Positions 61,285-64,000 of a stretch of 64,000 bases of DNA are shown here, one piece after another. Numbering within the stretch: the first letter of the stretch is position 1; each line of letters opens with the position of its first letter. The notes beneath the pieces were generated by a model. It saw only the letters and a list, made by a program, of their open reading frames with translations. It was not told where the DNA came from and searched no databases. This DNA is from Candidatus Microgenomates bacterium (lineage in GTDB: Bacteria > Patescibacteriota > Microgenomatia > UBA8517 > JACQJR01): positions 96,551-160,550 of the forward strand of contig JACQJR010000002.1 of NCBI GenBank assembly GCA_016204995.1, given 5' to 3'. Position numbers and translations under genes: made by a program.

Positions 61285-62529
61285 CTATTTTAGCCATCTT
61301 CCTTTAAGTTTTGCGTATTGGCCGTCGTTAATGGCTGTTCTTACTTTTTCCATCAGCTTAGTAAAAAAATAAACGTTATGATACGTGGCTAGTCGGTAAG
61401 CTAATAGTTCGCGGGTGCGAAAAAGATGATTGATATAGGCTCGAGTATAATTCTCACAGACCATACAAGCGCAATTTTTGTCTAAAGCCAGACTAGAACT
61501 TGCCCATTGGCCTTTGGTGATATTAAAGCGAAAACGGTTTTTCAGATTACCTATTGGCGGCGAAACAAAAATCTCACCCATCCTTGCCAGTCGCGTTGGT
61601 ATTACACAATCAAAGGTATCAATACCTAAACTTATGATATTTAAGATATCATCAATTTCACCTACTCCCAACATATGACGTGGCTTTTGCGGATCACTAT
61701 TAGTAGTAGTTAGCTCTACTATCTCATACATATTTTGCTTGTCTTGATGTGCTCCGCCTAGAGCCACGACAGAAAAATTTTGATCTACAAATTTGATGGA
61801 TTCCAGCCTTAAATCGGTAAACCGGCCGCCGTGCGTTACTCCATATAACAACTGGTCTTTTTTATGATGGGCTTTTTTAGACCTGGCCAGCCAGCGATTA
61901 GTCCTTTCAAGCGATTTTTTAGTTTCTTCATAATTGGCCCTTGGCGACTCTAAATCGTCAAAGCCCACTATTAGGTCCGCCCCTAAATCTTCTTGAATTT
62001 TAATAGAACTTTCAGGCGTAAGCGAAGTTAACTTGCCGTCAAATGGAGAACGGAAAACTACGCCGCGATCATTTATTTTAATTACCATTGGCGCTATATC
62101 CCCGCCTCGACTTGCCGTCTTCGGCGAGGCGGGTCGCTCTCGTGGACCATCTTTTCGTCCAGAGGACGATCGGCCTTTGGCCGACAAAAGCTTAACATCG
62201 CCGCCGATGCCTAAAGAAAAAACCTGAAATCCGCCGCTATCTGTCATAGTCGGCCTGCCTGCGCAGGCAGGTCCATTCCAAGCCATAAATTTAGCCAAGC
62301 CGCCTTGTTTTTTAATGATCTCCTCGCCCGGGCGAAGGTGCAGATGATAGGTGTTAGCCAGGACTGCTTCTACTCCGATCTCATTTAAATCTTGACTGTC
62401 CAAAGCCTTGACTGTGGCCATGGTGCCAACCGGCAAAAAGGCCGGAGTATGAATTATGCCATGGCTAGTTTTAATTTCACCAGTACGAGCTGTACCTTTA
62501 CTGCGTTTTAAAATTTTGAAAGTTGCCAT
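61285..62529 (-). CDS. tgt: queuine tRNA-ribosyltransferase with in-frame GC-rich inserts
   Basis: LPVGTMATVK, DSGGFQ, zinc site (C.C..C). The palindrome CCTGCCTGCGCAGGCAGG sits just before DSGGFQ, and a ~100-nt GC-rich multi-palindromic insert encodes GRSSSGRKDGPRERPASPKTASRGGD. Confidence 0.85.
   Translation of the reverse strand: MATFKILKRSKGTARTGEIKTSHGIIHTPAFLPVGTMATVKALDSQDLNEIGVEAVLANTYHLHLRPGEEIIKKQGGLAKFMAWNGPACAGRPTMTDSGGFQVFSLGIGGDVKLLSAKGRSSSGRKDGPRERPASPKTASRGGDIAPMVIKINDRGVVFRSPFDGKLTSLTPESSIKIQEDLGADLIVGFDDLESPRANYEETKKSLERTNRWLARSKKAHHKKDQLLYGVTHGGRFTDLRLESIKFVDQNFSVVALGGAHQDKQNMYEIVELTTTNSDPQKPRHMLGVGEIDDILNIISLGIDTFDCVIPTRLARMGEIFVSPPIGNLKNRFRFNITKGQWASSSLALDKNCACMVCENYTRAYINHLFRTRELLAYRLATYHNVYFFTKLMEKVRTAINDGQYAKLKGRWLK
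62254..62271. repeat. 18-nt perfect palindrome CCTGCCTGCGCAGGCAGG in-frame in tgt
   Basis: Read on the minus strand it encodes GPACAGR, immediately N-terminal to the catalytic DSGGFQ. Confidence 0.6.
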
Positions 62530-63280
62530 TGTTTTTGGCTAAATTATTAGCCTCCAAGAGGTCCTCTTGCGTGTTCACCCCTACCCATTCGTGGCGTTTG
62601 TCTAACATAAAAGTGGAAATTTTGGCTTCATTTTTAACACCAATTCCAACTAAATCAGTCAAATAATACTCTCCTGTCGAACTTTTCTTTATACTATTAA
62701 TATACCTTTTGAGATAGTAGTATCTAAAAATATAACAGCCGTCATTAACCTCATTAATTAATTTTTGCTCGCTTGTCGCCGCTTTATCTTCTATAATTGC
62801 CATCACTTCGCCTCCCTCATTACGGAGAATTCTACCCAAACCAATTGGATTATCTACTTTAAGAGTCACAAAAGTTAAATCACTATTAATTGAGGTATGT
62901 AAATTTAAAACTGCCTTAATCGTCTCTGGACTGTAAAAAGCCGAGTCATCACCATTTAAAACTAAAACATCAGTCGTATCATCGGCCACCTTTTTTAGTC
63001 CACATCTCACTGCATGACCTGTTCCTAAAGGTTCAGGCTGACTAGCAAAATGAATTTTGGAGGCAATTTGCAACTGTCTAGCAATATCTTTGACTGCCTT
63101 TTTGACTATATCTTTCTGGTATCCAACAATAACTTGTATATCATCTATCGGTAACTGTGATAACAATTTAAGGGAGTAATAAATCATTGGCTTATCTTTA
63201 ATTTCATGGAGCACTTTTGGTAAATCCGATTGCATTCTTTTACCCATGCCGCCCGCCAAAATCATCCCTACCAGTTTCAT
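62498..63280 (-). CDS. sugar-phosphate nucleotidyltransferase (GlmU N-terminal-domain-like)
   Basis: LAGGMGKRMQSDLPKVLH motif. Start set at MKLVGMILAGG. Only the uridyltransferase domain is present. Confidence 0.65.
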   Translation of the reverse strand: MKLVGMILAGGMGKRMQSDLPKVLHEIKDKPMIYYSLKLLSQLPIDDIQVIVGYQKDIVKKAVKDIARQLQIASKIHFASQPEPLGTGHAVRCGLKKVADDTTDVLVLNGDDSAFYSPETIKAVLNLHTSINSDLTFVTLKVDNPIGLGRILRNEGGEVMAIIEDKAATSEQKLINEVNDGCYIFRYYYLKRYINSIKKSSTGEYYLTDLVGIGVKNEAKISTFMLDKRHEWVGVNTQEDLLEANNLAKNNGNFQNFKTQ

Positions 63281-63300
63281 AAGCCTTATTGTAGCTAAGA

Positions 63301-63395
63301 AAAAAGGCACCGTCCAGAGATAAAATTGCTTATAAAGCAAAATATCACCTTTTGGTGCCTTTGCGACCCATATTCGGTTGTGTATTCAGTTGTAA
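63301..63395 (+). repeat. Element Y copy F
   Basis: AAAAAAGGCACC..TTGCTT-ata-AAGCAA..AAAATATCACC-tttt-GGTGCCTTT, then ATATTCGGTTGTG and TATTCAGTTGT tails. A GC-rich minus-strand micro-ORF follows. Confidence 0.5.
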
Positions 63396-64000
63396 AGAAA
63401 CTAGTCTCGCTGTTTAGCAGGCCATTCACCTTGCAAGGCCACTTCAAACCTCCTTGAATTACCACCAGATGCCAGTGATGTAATTGACCACCCACAGCTC
63501 GCCGCCAAGAAGTAGCAATGCGGCCCCAAAAATAAGAGCACTCCTCATATTCCTTCCTCTAAATCTGAATTTTTTCCAAAAAGTACGCAACAGCTAATGT
63601 TGCTCTCTTTGCGGAAACTACAACCGAATTTTCAAGGTGCTCCATTCAGTTTTACTGGATTGTCGCGAGACTTGCTTTTTGTCTTTAACCTCCACTAAAA
63701 CTACTCTCTTTGAATTACTAAAGGATATGCAAAAATCATTTTTGTGAGATACATTTTACTATATTTACCATTAATTTACAACTATAAGATAAGGTTTTGA
63801 CTATGGAAGATAGATTATCCATCTACAATCAATCTCTAGTCACAACTGCCCAGATAAATTTCAGAAGAGATAGTTGGCGCCCAATTCTCCATGGTTCTAA
63901 AATTAACCTAAATAGCCATTCTAAACCTAAATTACGCAGCCACAGCGGGGCACGGGGTACGCGGCCGGCTAGATAATCAAAGCTACCGCCAACCACCATT

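Overview
This is a low-GC, gene-dense bacterial segment made almost entirely of small housekeeping genes. These include cysS, recR, ybaB, dnaX, rpsU, proS, rseP, frr, tsf, rpsB, thyX-tmk-mazG-dcd, topA, dprA, PBP2, pyrG, rsmI, mreB, def-fmt, rpmB, a tRNA-Thr/Tyr/Thr + rpmG + tRNA-Trp block, secE-nusG-rplK-rplA-rpoD with an inverted rplJ-rplL, uppS, tgt and galU.

Several traits suggest a Candidate Phyla Radiation / Patescibacteria-like reduced genome, though this is inference only. A 418-aa ProS lacks the editing domain. Ribosomal proteins L1 and S2 carry N-terminal extensions. There are three 'four-helix-bundle / 23S-IVS-family' proteins and many leaderless or short genes.

No rRNA genes or CRISPR arrays were found.

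The most unusual content is not one annotated operon but a set of repeat-driven features.

1. A ~6.7 kb accessory island (~33.64-40.34 kb) carries mostly minus-strand ORFs that are GC-rich relative to the flanking genes. They include an amidase-like fragment, small membrane and acidic proteins, DUF3800, and a 721-aa FtsK/HerA/VirD4-superfamily ATPase followed by a four-helix-bundle protein. Each minus-strand gene or gene group is followed on its 3' side by a conserved structured ~70-100 nt element (AAAAAGGCACC ... inner TTGC/GCAA hairpin ... AAATATCACC ... GGTGCCTTT, often followed by TATTCAGTTGTG). The window holds 7 copies of this element with compensatory stem mutations, which gives a cassette-array-like organisation.

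2. An 18-nt perfect palindrome, CCTGCCTGCGCAGGCAGG, is inserted in-frame into four conserved genes (topoisomerase IB, a Wzy-like membrane protein, fmt and tgt). It adds a P-A-Q-A-G-Q peptide and is analogous to the in-frame palindromic elements of Rickettsia. Larger GC-rich multi-palindromic in-frame inserts sit in topA and tgt.

3. A second structured element (X; 4 copies) sits in 5' leader regions. It ends in a canonical TTGACA-N17-TATAAT promoter ahead of pyrG, def, DUF3800 and the rplJL leader.

4. Degenerate tandem 9-11-mers (GGCTCTTAGGC-like) and 7-mers are pervasive in intergenic DNA and in-frame inside ORFs.

5. A PaaX-like regulator has a near-perfect 34-nt palindromic operator next to uppS, and UppS carries an unusual C-terminal repeat-domain fusion.
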